Shown here piece by piece: positions 11,420 through 24,499 of a DNA stretch of 64,000 nucleotides. Under the pieces are notes generated by a model. It saw only the letters and a list, made by a program, of their open reading frames with translations, made no database searches and had not been told where the DNA came from. Source of the stretch: Octopus vulgaris (Eukaryota); the NCBI GenBank assembly GCA_951406725.2, contig OX597827.1:6200001-6264000 (forward strand). The letters run 5' to 3'. Made by a program: the position numbers and the translations under genes. Position 1 is the stretch's first letter. Each line of letters opens with the position of its first letter.

Positions 11420-11776
11420 TATACTCTTTACTTTTTTGCTTGTTTCAGTCATTTGACTGCGGCCATGCTTTTAATCGAGCAACTCGACCCTGGGACATTC
11501 TTTTGTAAGCCCAGTACTTATTCTATCGGTCTCTTTTGCCGAACCGCTAAGTAACGGGGACATAAACACACCAGCATCGGTTGTCAAGCAATGCTAGGGG
11601 GACAAACACAGACACAGAAACACACATATATATATATACATATATATGACGGGCTTCTTTCAGTTTCCGTCTACCAAATCCACTCACAAGGCTTTGGTCG
11701 GCCCGAGGCTATACTAGAAGACACTTGTTCAAGGTGCCACGCAGTGGGACTGAACCCGGAACCATGTGGTTGGTAA
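11420..11776 (-). mobile_element. SINE family A, head partly missing
   Basis: Homology to 418-840. Confidence 0.9.
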
Positions 11777-11848
11777 ACAATATATATATATATATATGTA
11801 TGTATGAATTTATGTATATATATACATACATATTTACATACATACATA

Positions 11849-12100
11849 TTGGGCTGGTGCATAATTATTGCACATTTTTGTAATCAAATTTTATTCAGCA
11901 AAAACATTAGCAATATTTAACAAAAACATCTTTAAGTGACAGTCTGACTGTCTGCCAGGCAAATGGGAAGCAGTAATTGAAGTAGATGGTGAATATGCTC
12001 CAGAATAATAATTTAAAGATGTTTTTTGTTACATTGCTGTTATTGTTTTTGCTGAATAAAATTTGTTGTAAAAAGTCACAATAATTATGCACCAACCCAA
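11849..12100. mobile_element. Mariner-type MITE
   Basis: Terminal inverted repeats TTGGGCTGGTGCATAATTATTG / CAATAATTATGCACCAACCCAA, with extended inverted arms (AATTTTATTCAGCAAAAACA). TA dinucleotide on both sides. Confidence 0.9.
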
Positions 12101-12112
12101 TATATACATACA

Positions 12113-12142
<30 letters not shown>

Positions 12143-12143
<1 letters not shown>

Positions 12144-12460
12144 CATCATCATCATCATCGTTTAACGTCCGTTTTTCATGCTGGCATGGGTTGGACGGTT
12201 TGACTGAGGTCTGGAGAGCCAGCGGTTGCACCAGGCTCAAGTCTGATCTGGCAATGTTTCTACAGCTAGATGCCCTTCCCAATGCCAAACACTCCAAGAG
12301 TGTAGTGGGTACATTTTACATGCCACTGGCACAGGAGCCAGTCAAGTGGGCCTGACATCGATTACATTTGGATAGTGCTTTTTACGTGCTACCGGTACAA
12401 GAGCCAGACAGGGCAAATTTGGATGGTTCTTTTTAGGTGCCACTAGCACAGGAGCCAGTC
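12143..12460 (-). mobile_element. SINE-like family C
   Basis: CATCATCGTTTAACGTCCG...GATGCCCTTCCCAATGCC and three TTTTAC(G/A)TGCCAC-type sub-repeats. Confidence 0.85.
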
Positions 12461-12844
12461 ACACACACACACGCACGCATATATACACATAAGGTTAGCT
12501 GAGTTAGAGGTTAAAATAACAACCGTCTAAGGGATAGAAGTATATTACCTATGTTTAACCATGGGCATATGTATGCAAGCATATTATGCTCATAAATTAT
12601 AGGTAAAGACACACATATGTAATCGAAAGTACTCACACACTACATAAAACCTTCTTCCAAAAAGGGTTAGTAACATCTTGATAAAATCCCCTTTATACTT
12701 AGAAAAAATATATTAAGTAATCTTCACAAAAGACTTTCAAATACACACACACACTCACACACAGATTTATGTATGACTGTACATAGATATATATTTATAG
12801 ATAAATAACTGTAAATACATATTGTTTTAGGTATATGTATATAT

Positions 12845-13252
12845 ACTCTTTTACTCTTTTACTTGTTTCAGTCATTTGACTGCGGCCATGCTGGAGCACC
12901 ACCTTTAGTCGAGCAACTCGACCCCGGGACTTATTCTTTTTGTTAGCCCAGTACTTATTCTATCGGTCTCTTTTGCCGAACCGCTAAGTAACGGAGACAT
13001 AAACACACCAGCATCGGTTGTCAAGCAATGCTGGGGGACAAACACAGGCACACAAACAAACACACATATATATATATACATATATATGACAGGCTTCTTT
13101 CAGTTTCCGTCTACCAAATCCACTTACAAGGCATTGGTCGGCCCAGGGCTATAGCAGAAGACACTTGCCCAAGATGCCACACAGTGGGACTGAACCCAGA
13201 ACCATGTGGTTGGTTAGCAAGCTACTTACCACACAGCCGCCACTCCTACGCC
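12845..13252 (-). mobile_element. SINE family A, full length
   Basis: Homology to 418-840. Confidence 0.9.
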
Positions 13253-13281
13253 TGTGTATACACATATGCATATACATATGT

Positions 13282-13315
<34 letters not shown>

Positions 13316-13634
13316 GCTGTTGTATATACATCTCGATGTATTTGCGTGACAGATGACTACATATTTTGCATCTTTGAATTGCTAAACGAAGGCTTATAGG
13401 TACAAGCACTTGTCTAAGATGTTGTGCTGAGAAATCAGATCCGAAACTATGTCCTGGTAAAGCAAATCTCTTAGCTACATGTCCACAGTTAACAATATAT
13501 CAGCTAACTATCTCTCTCTTTGTCTATGTGTATGTGGAGATATATAGAACTGTAGAGATACATAGAACTCTGAATTAGATTAGAGTTTAGTCTGTCTGCC
13601 TATGAATCGCTTTTTCTTGCAAACTATCTGTACT

Positions 13635-13743
13635 ATACACACACACACACGCACGCACATGCATACACATATGTATATATGCATATATATATTATGATTA
13701 TATAGATCATTAACATGTATATTCATAAATATATATATATGTA

Positions 13744-13779
<36 letters not shown>

Positions 13780-13885
13780 GTTCGACGTTTTTTTGGTGTC
13801 CTGTACTCATATATGCGTGTATTTATACATGTAGAGGTAGGTACGTACATATATGTATATATATATACATATGTTTTATTTATTA

Positions 13886-13927
<42 letters not shown>

Positions 13928-14245
13928 TATATACATATATATATATACATACATTTATATACATATATATATGTATATATACACACACATATATATACTT
14001 ATATATATATAGATATATAAATATATATATATATGATATATAATTAGACAAACAATAATATATTTAATAATATCATATATATACATATAATAATAATAAT
14101 AATATATATATACATACATACATGCATACATACATACATACATACATACATACATACATACATACATACATACATACATACATACATACATACATAAACA
14201 CACACACAGACACACACGCAGGCACACTCACACATGCATGTATAT
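13635..14245. repeat. Compound (TA)n/(CA)n/(TACA)n microsatellite
   Basis: Direct inspection. It generates the spurious YI/VC-repeat ORFs. Confidence 0.95.
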
Positions 14246-15052
14246 TCATAGAGCTCATTGATAATCATTAAAATGAACAATATTCCTTGAATAGTATATA
14301 TGAATATAATATCTTTCCTTTCTTGTTTGGGTGTTAATAGAATATAAAACTGCTGAATGTTAGAATGATGGAAATAGATGAAATATTAAATGTGATTTTT
14401 TAATAGTAATATGCATGAAATGGAAAGCACTGACTTAGTAACTTTGATGAAAGACTGTGGCATAATCAGAAGTGAATTAAGTCTGCATTGCTAGCAGTTT
14501 TATCAAAATATTTATTTTTAAATATAAATTGCAATTTATGGTTTCATTCTAATAATAACTAACCTTTAGCAGATCTGCACAGCGTGGTAATGGTTAGCAC
14601 CATGGGCTTTTAGTTTGAGTACATATTGTCATCATCATCGTTGTAGCTATTGTTGTCGTTGTCATCGTCATTGTCATCATACTTGCCATTATCCTCCTCC
14701 TCATCATCATCATCATCATCATTAGCATCATCCTTATTTCACGTCGTTTTTTCCATGCTGGCATGAGTTGGACTGCTTGACAAAAACAGTTGAACCAGAG
14801 AGCTCCACCAAGTTCTATATCTGTTTTTGTATGGTCTCTCTTTGTATGTGTGTATTTGTGTGTGTTTGTGTGTGTGTATGTGTGTGATTGTGTGTGTGTG
14901 TGTGGCTGTGTATATGTGAGTGTGTATGTGTGTGTATGTATCTGTGTATACGTGTTTGTATATATGTGTGCCTATATGTGACTGTGTATATGTCTGTGTT
15001 TGTCTGTACGTGTGTACAAATACAGACTGCAGACAAACAAATAGATAGATAG

Positions 15053-15115
<63 letters not shown>

Positions 15116-15164
15116 GAGAGAGAGTGTGTGAGAGAAATAAGAAGATAAATAGATAGATAGATAG

Positions 15165-16245
15165 ATTTCTTTATTAGCCACACAGGGCTGGACACAGATG
15201 GAACAAATTACAAAGTAGAGCTTTTCTTTTTGGGGAGAAAAAAAAAGTGGGGTAGATTTTTGATCAAAAGGGATCATAAAAAGGAAAAAAAAAAAGAATT
15301 AAGGAAAAGGAAAAACGATCAATAGAGATTGTGTATCACATAAATGTCATGATGTAAAGTGTAAAGGGGGAAGCAGATAAGGTTTATCCATGGAAAGAAA
15401 AGCCTACGGTAAAGACCACAGTAACCTCGGTCATTAATGTCACATGTTAACACATTTATTTGCAAGTAAGTAACTCTCTGTTTTAAATTTTTCCAGGTTC
15501 ATAGGATTATGCTCAACGTGGCTTTGTCATTCATACGTGCCATCCTTACTACATTCACCCATCTTTTTTTGAAATATTCGCTAGACAAAACTTGCCTCTC
15601 TACTTTCACTTTCCTTTTCAAGTGATACTTGAAGAAGTTGATGAGAGATTGATCAGAGAGGAAAGTGTTTGTCTCTAATCCTTTCAGACACATCCACCAG
15701 ATACATTATTTTGCCATAGCCACAAGTATGATGAAAATAGCTCTTCCTTCCCATTTGAAGGAAGGAGGCGTGACGATATTGACGATAGACTTGGCTGATA
15801 AGCCGACCTGTCCCACACATGACAGCAGTCATTTGACATAAGCCCACAGATTGGAAATGGTTGGACATTGCACAAGTGTGTGCAGAATGGTTTCGTCACT
15901 CTGACTGCATCTCAGGCAGGTCGGCCCCGTGATTCTCGAGCCATGTCTGTAGAGCTTATCCCGAATGGGTAGTGCTTCTTGGTAGCACTGCCAGGCTAGG
16001 GATCTCTGGAAGTTGTCCACAGGTCCTGGCCTGAAAGTCATCCTGAACAAGCGGGTCAGGTATTCCTCGTTGATGCCCAGGTTTGCCCCGAGCTTGTCAT
16101 TGTACCTCCTCTCCACTAATCCCCTATAGAATGCTTTGGTTGTGTTGAAGTCACTCAAGGTTGACTCGGGATGGCATAGTTGCTTGAGAGCAATGTGACA
16201 CTCGCGGTACCATTTGCCCTTCCTCAGCCTCTTTTTGATCCTTGG
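15165..16245 (-). mobile_element. 5'-truncated L1/Tx1-clade LINE (ORF2 C-terminus with zf-RVT-like knuckle, 3'UTR, (CTAT)n tail)
   Basis: ORF 15829-16158: AWQCYQEALPIRDKL...CLRCSQSDETILHTLVQCP (CX2C...HX4C). It continues through in-frame stops to the TGA at 15499. The 3'UTR ends GGCTAATAAAGAAAT followed by (CTAT)n. Confidence 0.9.
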
Positions 16246-16369
16246 CTAATACCTTGGCCAAAATTTTCAAGTCTGCATTAAGCAGAGCTAGATAGATAAA
16301 TGTACCGCCCACTTCAGATATTGAACTCATGCCATCATGACATCATGATCATGTATCAAATACCCCTAA

Positions 16370-16550
16370 ATACTAGGCCACCAGGTAGTTTATTTCATTG
16401 AACTTGAAAGGATGAAAAATATAGCTGATCTGACAAGATTTCAACTGAGAATATAAAAATTCTGAAGAAGGGAAGGATGAAAGACAAAGTGACCCTTGTT
16501 GGAATTTGAACTCAGAACATACCAATAGGTGAAATACAATAATAATAATG

Positions 16551-16602
<52 letters not shown>

Positions 16603-16752
16603 AAGGCCTCAAATTTGTGGGGTGAAGACTAGTCGATTACATCAACCCCAGTGTTTCACTGGTACTTAATCTTTTGACCCCAAAAGGATGAAAGGCAAAG
16701 GCAAAGTCGACCTCAGCAGAATTTGCACTCAAAACATAGCAACGGGTGAAAT
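16370..16752 (-). mobile_element. Two to three SINE family B fragments separated by (TAA)n
   Basis: AAGGATGAAAGGCAAAGTCGACCTC...GAATTTGAACTCAG motifs. Confidence 0.75.
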
Positions 16753-16984
16753 ACAATAATAATAGTAACAATAATAATAATAATAATAATAATAATGATA
16801 AGCACTATCACTGTGAAAATAACATCCATCCATGAATTTATTTATCTATTAATTTTAAATACATATTTTATCTGTGAATTTGCGCATGTAATCTGGGAAT
16901 GCATACAATGCCCTTCTCTACCCTAGGTGTATGGAAAACACTCGGCGAGAAACGGAAGAAAATTTGAAGAAAGTAGGAAAAACC

Positions 16985-17046
<62 letters not shown>

Positions 17047-17391
17047 TCTTTCTAATATAGGCAGAAGGTAATATTGAAAATAATAATGATTCCTAAATGA
17101 TAATAATGATCTCTAAATAAAAAAAAGCTGCAAGGCTATGTCTGAATGAATCAATAATATTTAAGCATTATTTGTATTTGTATTATGAAATGCACAAAGA
17201 TAAGGTTGAACTGATTGGATTTGAACTCAGTCTGTAAAGGGACATAGCTGAATTCTATGAGGTACTTTCTCTGGTGTTCCAGCAAATTTACCCTTTCTAT
17301 TCTTTTATCTTTCTTTTGTTTCGGTCACTAGACTGCAGCCAATGCTGGGGTTACTGCCTTGAAGGGCTTAGTTGAACAAATTGGCCCCCAC

Positions 17392-17518
17392 TATGATGAT
17401 GATGATGATGATGACGATGACAACGACGACAAAGATGATGATGATGAGGGCGACAATGATGATGATGACGATGATGATGATGACGATGACAACGACGACA
17501 ATGATGACGACGACGACA

Positions 17519-17561
<43 letters not shown>

Positions 17562-17768
17562 CGACGACAATGATGATGATGATAATGATGATGATGATGA
17601 TGATGATGACGACGACAACGACAACGACGACGATGACGATGATGATGATGATGACGACAACGACGATGATGATGATGATGATGATGACGACGACGACGAC
17701 GACGACGATGATGACGATGATGATGACGACAACGACGATGATGATGATGATGATGATGATGACGACGA
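17392..17768. repeat. (GAT/GAC/AAC)n trinucleotide microsatellite
   Basis: Direct inspection. Open in several frames (poly-D/M/H/S/I). Confidence 0.95.
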
Positions 17769-18009
17769 AGTTCATAAGTAATAGCAGATTTCTCTGAAGC
17801 AGTTGTTACACTTATGACCCATAATTTCATGATTATCAGACCACTTGTTAATAATTTGGAACACTGAAAGTTTGTGGAAATCATGCAAATGGCCAAAGTT
17901 TGTTTACACTTGTGCAAAACCTCACGTTTTTTTACACACCACATTGCATATAACTGCTGCCATGATTCATTGAATTCCAGCAAATAGTTTTAAAATAAAA
18001 TAAACAAAT

Positions 18010-18410
18010 TACTTAGCGGTTCGGCAAAAGAGACCGATAGAATAAGTACTGGGCTTACAAAAGAATAAGTCCCGGGGTTGAGTTGCTCGATTAAAGGCGG
18101 TGCTCCAGCATGGCCGCAGTCAAATGACTGAAACAAGTAAAAGAGTAAAAGAGTAAATGCTACATCTTTAATAATTTGAAAAGCGGTGTATATATGTTCA
18201 TACACACACACACACACACACACACACATACTCACACACACATACACAGACACAGACACACACACACATACACACACACACGCACAATGGGCTTTATTTG
18301 CTTCTACCAAATCCTCTGTCAAAGCTTTGGTTGACCTAAGTCTATAGCATAAGACACCTTGCACAAGGTGCTATGCAGTGGGACTGAACCTGAAACCATG
18401 CAGTTGGGAA
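18010..18410. mobile_element. SINE A fragments: 3' half (+, 18010-18156) and older head half (minus, 18285-18410)
   Basis: Homology to the family A consensus. Confidence 0.8.
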
Positions 18411-18644
18411 TGTTTCAGCTGTAGGACTGCAGCCATAGTGTAGCTCCACTTTAGTTTATTTGCTTTCAGTTTTGTTGTCACTTCATGGCTGGAATTTGGT
18501 CTGTGATTGAGTCGGTAGCAACTGGTCTTCCCTGAGTGCATCCTAGAATGGCTGACAAATCTGGTATTATTGTTAGGTGTTTAGTCAATTGTTTTTTTTC
18601 TTTTCTTTTTTTTGTTTAATGTTTCAGGAGAGGTCCCTTTTATC

Positions 18645-18963
18645 CGTGCTGGTGGCATGTAAAAAGCACCATCCGATCGTGGCCGTTGCCAGCCTTGCCT
18701 GGCCCCCGTGCTGGTGGCATGTAAAAAGCACCATCCGTCCATGGCCGTTTGCCAGCTCCGTCTGGCACCAGTGCAGGTGGCACGTAAAAAGCACCCACTA
18801 CACTCATGGAGTGGTTGGCGTTAGGAAGGGCATCCAGCCGTAGAAACACTGCCAGATCAGACTGGGCCTGATGCAGCCTTCTGACTTCACAGACCCCAGT
18901 TGAACCGTCCAACCCATGCTAGCATGGAAAGCGGACGCTAAATGATGATGATGATGATGATGA
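18645..18963 (+). mobile_element. SINE-like family C
   Basis: Three GGTGGCA(T/C)GTAAAAAGCACC units, AGGAAGGGCATCCAGCC, and (GAT)n tail. Confidence 0.88.
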
Positions 18964-19049
18964 TTACTTTAGGCAAGCAGTTGAACAGTTGAGGAGCTCT
19001 AAATATCAGACTAATACAATAAAGTGTTTTTGTTCATGATTTCGAAGGT

Positions 19050-22000
19050 GGTATATCTGGAAGCTGGCAGCATCTAACAGCTCAATCATTAAAATTCTTT
19101 CTAATGCTGAAGTTTGAAACAGGATTTTCCATACGCATGTGATAGTATATCCCTCTCTTCGGCATTCAAGATAGTAGAGATACAAAGCTTTCAAATATTC
19201 TCAGGAGATAAGGTATTTTACTGATAAACATTCTTTGTAACCCTTTAATTTCTTCCATGAGACTGAATGAGTTAGAAGACCAAAGCTGTGAGCAGTAATC
19301 TAATCTGCTCAGAACTCAGGCTTTCCATAGAGTTAGACTAACTATTTGTTCTCTTGTCATGAAGATTTGTAGAATCCATCCTATGATATTTAGAGGAGAG
19401 TTTGGTGATGTGGCTGATGAAAGATGTATAATTTGACATGATTACTCCTAAGTCCTGTATGTTATTAGCACTGTAAATCATTCTGGTGTCAAATATTGTG
19501 ATTTGTTTGTATTCCCTCTGTAATGAAGAACCTGAAATTTTCATGTATCAAATTTCATATTGTTTTAATACACCCATTTATAAATGAGATTTAGCTCATC
19601 TTGAAGTGTAACAGTATCTTCGGGAGTTTGGATAGCCATGGATATTCTTGCATTATTGCTGTAACTCGATAGTTTGGATGTATGCTCTTGTGATAGGTCA
19701 ATGATAAATAATTATAGTCCTAGAATTGTTCTCTGATGCATACTACTTTTTACAGGTGACTTTGCAGAGAGAAAACTATTTCCAGCATTAGATTGGCTCC
19801 TACCAAGTAGGAAGTCAAAGAGACTTTCTTTGAATGTTCCTTTGATACTGAGACTCCTTAACTTATGACAGATGATTCCATGAGCAATCATGTCAAATGC
19901 CTTAACAAAATCAAAATATATACAGTGAATGTCCTTTCCTCTCAGGAGATTATTAAGAATAGTGCTAGGGTACTGTAATAGTTGTGAAAGGCAACTTCAT
20001 CCAGTCCAAAAACTATGCTGTATGTCATCCACGAGGATGTTTTCTACAAGGTATGAAATAATTCTATTTCAGACAATGTGTTTGATAATTTTAGATGTGT
20101 GAGATGTGAGAGAAGCAGGTCTATAATTTTTAGCTTCAGCCCTGCTACCTTCCTCTGTGTATAGGTGTTACTATTCTGTCTTTCAATAGTTCTAGGAATT
20201 TGTTGGTATCTGGCAACTTTTGAAATAGTATTTTTAATGGTTACATGTGGCTGTTTTTGTATGTTTTTAGCAGCATGGTCTTGATGCTGAGTTTGAATCT
20301 AGGTCATTAGCTGAAGTTGAGTTCTGGGGATCAAAGAATTCATTTGGCTCCTATATCATTTGTCAACTCTAGGTTGGGAAAATGCACTGTCATAATGTCA
20401 ACTCAAGAATGTGCATATTTGTGATGGATCATTAGTATATGATCCATTTTGATCCATTAGAGAGCCAATCTGGTTATGCATAGGGGATTTTTGTTTAGCA
20501 AAGTGGAAATAGAACTTAGAAATAGACTTTATATTTTACACTGCTCATTGTTCTCTTAGCAAAGTTTCTTTTTCATGAGACAGTTTTAAGTTCAGTTCAA
20601 TGTTGTTTTTCTTTTTCTCAATCTCAACTGTTGAGAGAGTTTTTTTTTTTTAGTTGTTTTGTTGGTTTGGTTCTGTTACACATTAGTATCCATCTATTAC
20701 ACAGAATTCAAGTGTTTGCAGGAATAGGCATGTTTATATAGGACATGCTTTCGACAGATCCTGATTAACGCATCATAGAGAAACTCCATTCCCTTGTTGA
20801 CATTGGGATTGCCATTATGCTGGGACCAGTTTGTTTCAAGGATTTCAATTTCGATTTCCTTCACCTTGGCCTTCCTAAAATTCAAGTTCATGGGGTGTGT
20901 GTCATGTTTGATGCTATTTTTGTGTGTTGCCCTCTTTGAACCATATAATTTTGTGGTCAGAAATAACTGTGGGGATGACCTGACCACCGTGAATGAAGTC
21001 TGTATTAGTGGTAAAGATTAGATCAAGTATGTTATCTCCTCTAGATGGATGGCTAATGATTTGTTGCCTGAGGAAGTCTTTAGTCTTTAGTCTTTTGTTG
21101 CATGAGGAAGTCTTTAGCGAGAAAAGTATTCATATCTCTCCTTTTCAGTTGTTTAATTCCAGGTTGAATAACCCTCAGGCTAGCTGAGACCAGAAAAATT
21201 GAAGTCCTCTGCTAAGTGTACAGTGGGCTTGCCGCGTTTGTGGTTTGATTTATGAGTGGCAAAGCATCTTTGAAGTGATCTCCATGGTTAGTTGCATCAG
21301 GAAAACAGTAGGTAATGCTTATGATCAAATTGAGGTCAATCACATGCATTATTAGTATATCACACATTGCATTAGAGTGGGAGAGGAGGACATTTGTTGC
21401 CAGGCTTTTTTTGGATGAAGATCACTATTTTTCCTTGTTTCCATATTCTGTAGTGAATAACCTGACCTATGTACTTCCACATCCAATATGTCAGGGGTCA
21501 GGTGCATTTCACATAATGCTGTCCTTTCTCACTGTATAAGTTCTCTCTCACTATGCAAGGCCTCTAAGATATGACACTGTGTTCGATTTGTGAAGTGTGA
21601 AAGACTGTGTACGTTGGCATTATTATTGAGTTGAGTTTGTGGGTTAATGACAACAATGGTGTGGCTGTGCACTGGGGTAATAACAGTGGTTGGTGTTGTA
21701 TGAGTGCGTAATTTCTTTTGCCAGATTCATCATGGCTAAAAAAGAATTTCCGTGTTTGGGGAAGGGTTGTTGTCTGGAGTTGGCATAGTGGCACTGTTGA
21801 ATATCGTTATAGTTATATGGTCTGCAGCTGTGATTTTATTATTGTACCCAATAGATATCTCGGTGACTTTTGGGCTTTGGTGAAAGCCTGGACTAACACT
21901 GTTCCTGTAAGGGATGTTTCTGCAGTGGATTTGGTGGTAGTTTGGTGTCATGCTTTTACTAGTGCATCGAGTCCTTGGAAGATGAGTGAAGGGACAGTCA

Positions 22001-23000
22001 CACATCAGATATAATCTTTTGTGTTGGGAATAGCAACAGATTTTAGGATTCAGGGCTACATGTGTAGAAGTTATTAAACGTTATTTAACATTAAGTAGTG
22101 GTGGTGTTGTTATAAATTGTGTGGTTTGGCATTGGCTAATATTGCTTGAATGAATTATGCATCTTGTCCCAGGTAAATGGGTGAAGCTGCAGTCGTCACT
22201 GCGTATGCATAAACTCTTGCATTGAGAATAGTGGCATATTTTGGGGTTTTGTGTGCTCATGATTTTACTTTATTTACAGTTGCAGGTTAATCATGGAGCA
22301 GTCAGATATATATCAAGATTGAAATGGACAGTGGGGTGAGGAAGAAAGGAGTGGTTCTTCACTATTTGGAGTAGTAGTAGAGAGGTAATGGTAGTGGCGA
22401 GCTGGCAGAATCGTTAGCACATCGGGCGAAATGCTTAGCGGTATTTCGGCTGCCGTAACGTTGTGAGTTCAAATTTCGCCGAGGTCGACTTTGCCTTTCA
22501 TCCTTTCGGGGTCGATAAATTAAGCACCAGTTACGCACTGGGGTCGATGTAATCGACTTAATACCTATGTTTGTCCCCCTCTATGTTTAGCCCCTTGTGG
22601 GTAATAAAGAAATAGGTAGTAGCAGCAGAATAGGATGACAAGGGCGATGATGGATTTCTTGTGTTATTCTGAGAAAAATCTGAGTGTCCTGACTGTGGAG
22701 AAGAGCAAGAGACTTTGTTGTTTAATTGGTCATCAATTGTTTTAGTATTGAAGAGTGACTTCCAGCTATTGTTTAGTTGTGGTAAGGACAGTAGCAATAG
22801 AACATGATGACAATGATGATGATGGGTCACTTGTGGTATTTCAAGGAAATAAAGAAGTTGACAGGTAAATTGTAAAGGGCTCTTTACTGTAGAGTTTAGT
22901 ATTAATGGTTCATTAATTGTGCTAGTATTGAGGAGTGACTGCGGTTGTTGTTATATTTTTGTCTCATATTTATATAATTTAATTTTTGAATGTTGAGGAT
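19050..23000 (-). mobile_element. Near full-length decayed CR1-type LINE (ORF1 with Cys/His modules, APE endonuclease, RT)
   Basis: Minus strand gives KNYRPASLTSHTSKII, QHSFWTG*SCLSQLL, IYFDFVKAFDMIAHGIICHKL, IQDLGVIMS...HI and LECRREGY...WKIL (CR1-type RT and C-terminus). DHKII (APE end) lies at about 20950. Cys/His modules at about 21965-22050 and 22165-22250. Many stops; the 5' boundary is approximate. Confidence 0.85.
22394..22614 (+). mobile_element. SINE family B, young copy nested in the CR1 ORF1 region
   Basis: GGCGAGCTGGCAGAATCGTTAG...GAGTTCAAATT (B-box-like)...GCCTTTCATCCTTTCGGGGTCGATAAATTAAG...CCCCTTGTGGGTAATAAAGAAAT. CpG-rich. Confidence 0.9.
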
Positions 23001-23228
23001 GCTTTAGTTCAGTAATATATCATTCTATGGATTTTGGGAGTGTTTTTGTTTTATTTATCTTAGTTCTTTGTTTTTATTTTGTATGCCTGGGGAATGTAAG
23101 TAGGTGGTACAATATTGAATTTTGCACTAAAAAAACAATTTTAGGGGTGCAAGTGCATCCCTGCACCTTCTTGTTCCTGGGCCCTTCTATATCTATGTGT
23201 GTGTGTGTGTTAGTACGTTTATCAGTTT

Positions 23229-23720
23229 GTGTTGCACGATTCCTGATGTGAAACTGTGTTGAAACAGATATTGTTGTATTTCAGGATGGCCATTTTTCTT
23301 TTTTTTCTTTTTGCCAAATAAACACACACACCATATATTCATTCTGCATTGATTTATTACTGTTCTTATTCTAACTAATGTCCATTGTCCGGAAATCTTT
23401 CGTCACACATCTGTGACCTCTTAAGCAACACTTTCTGTCCTCGTGTGTGGTCCTAATCCTCTTAGTTCATTCTGTTTAGAAGAACAGAATGGACTTAGAG
23501 GAGCAAGAGCACACACGAGAATGGACAGTGTTGCTTAAGAGGTCACAGATGTGTGGCGAAAGATTTCCGTACAATGGACATGAGTTAAAATAAGAACAGT
23601 AATAAACGATTAAAGAAGGAATATATGGTGTGTGTGTGTTTATTGGCAAAAAAAAAAAAAGAATGACCTGTACAACAATATCTGTTTCAATACAGTTTCA
23701 CATCAGGAATCTTGCAACAC
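23229..23720. mobile_element. Fold-back element P3 (~490-bp palindrome; Penelope-like inverted pseudo-LTRs)
   Basis: Left arm GTGTTGCACGATTCCTGATGTGAAACTG... mirrors right arm ...CAGTTTCACATCAGGAATCTTGCAACAC, centred at 23477-23482. Each arm has CT(T/G)AAGAGGTCACAGATGTGTG(A/G)CGAAAGATTTCC. A related copy lies at 62630-63005. Confidence 0.8.
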
Positions 23721-23733
23721 GCATTCATAAATG

Positions 23734-23766
<33 letters not shown>

Positions 23767-23834
23767 GTATACTGATCATCATCATCATATCATCATCATC
23801 ATCATAATCTTCATATCATCATCATTATCATCAC

Positions 23835-23875
<41 letters not shown>

Positions 23876-23984
23876 ACATCATCATTCTTAAATGTCCATT
23901 TTCCATGCTGGCATGGATTTTATGGCTGGATGCCCTTCTTAACACCAACCAGTTTATACTCATACGCACACACACACATATTTA

Positions 23985-24285
23985 TATTCTTTTATTCTTT
24001 TACTTGTTTCAGTCATTTTGATTGCTGCCATGCTGGAGCACCACCTTAAAGGGTATTTTGTAGAAGCATTTGACTCTAGGACTTATTTTTTGTAAGTCTA
24101 GTACTTAGGCTATCAGTCTCTTTTGCCAACCATTAAGTTACAGGTATGTAAACATACCAGCATTAGTTGTCAAGCAATGGTGAGGGGACATGCAGATACA
24201 AAGACACACATATAAATATATACATATAATATATATATGACAGGCTTCTTTCAGTTTCCATCTGCCAAATCCACTCACAAGGCTT
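23985..24285 (-). mobile_element. SINE family A, older headless copy
   Basis: Homology to family A. Confidence 0.8.
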
Positions 24286-24400
24286 ATATATATATATTCA
24301 TATTCATTAAAACCCAGGAGTCAGACAGATATCTACTAGGTACAATAATAAAATCACAGCTGCAAACCATATAACTATAACCTTATTCAACAGTGCAATC

Positions 24401-24432
<32 letters not shown>

Positions 24433-24440
24433 ATGTATGT

Positions 24441-24499
<59 letters not shown>

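Noticed and set aside
17351-17983. Long ORFs encoding poly-H/D/M/S/I
   Set aside because: (GAT/GAC)n microsatellite that is open in several frames on both strands, with no protein signal.
18645-18800. Repeat-spacer-like pattern (GTGGCAyGTAAAAAGCACC units) reminiscent of CRISPR
   Set aside because: Eukaryotic context, spacers related to each other, no cas genes. These are internal sub-repeats of family C.
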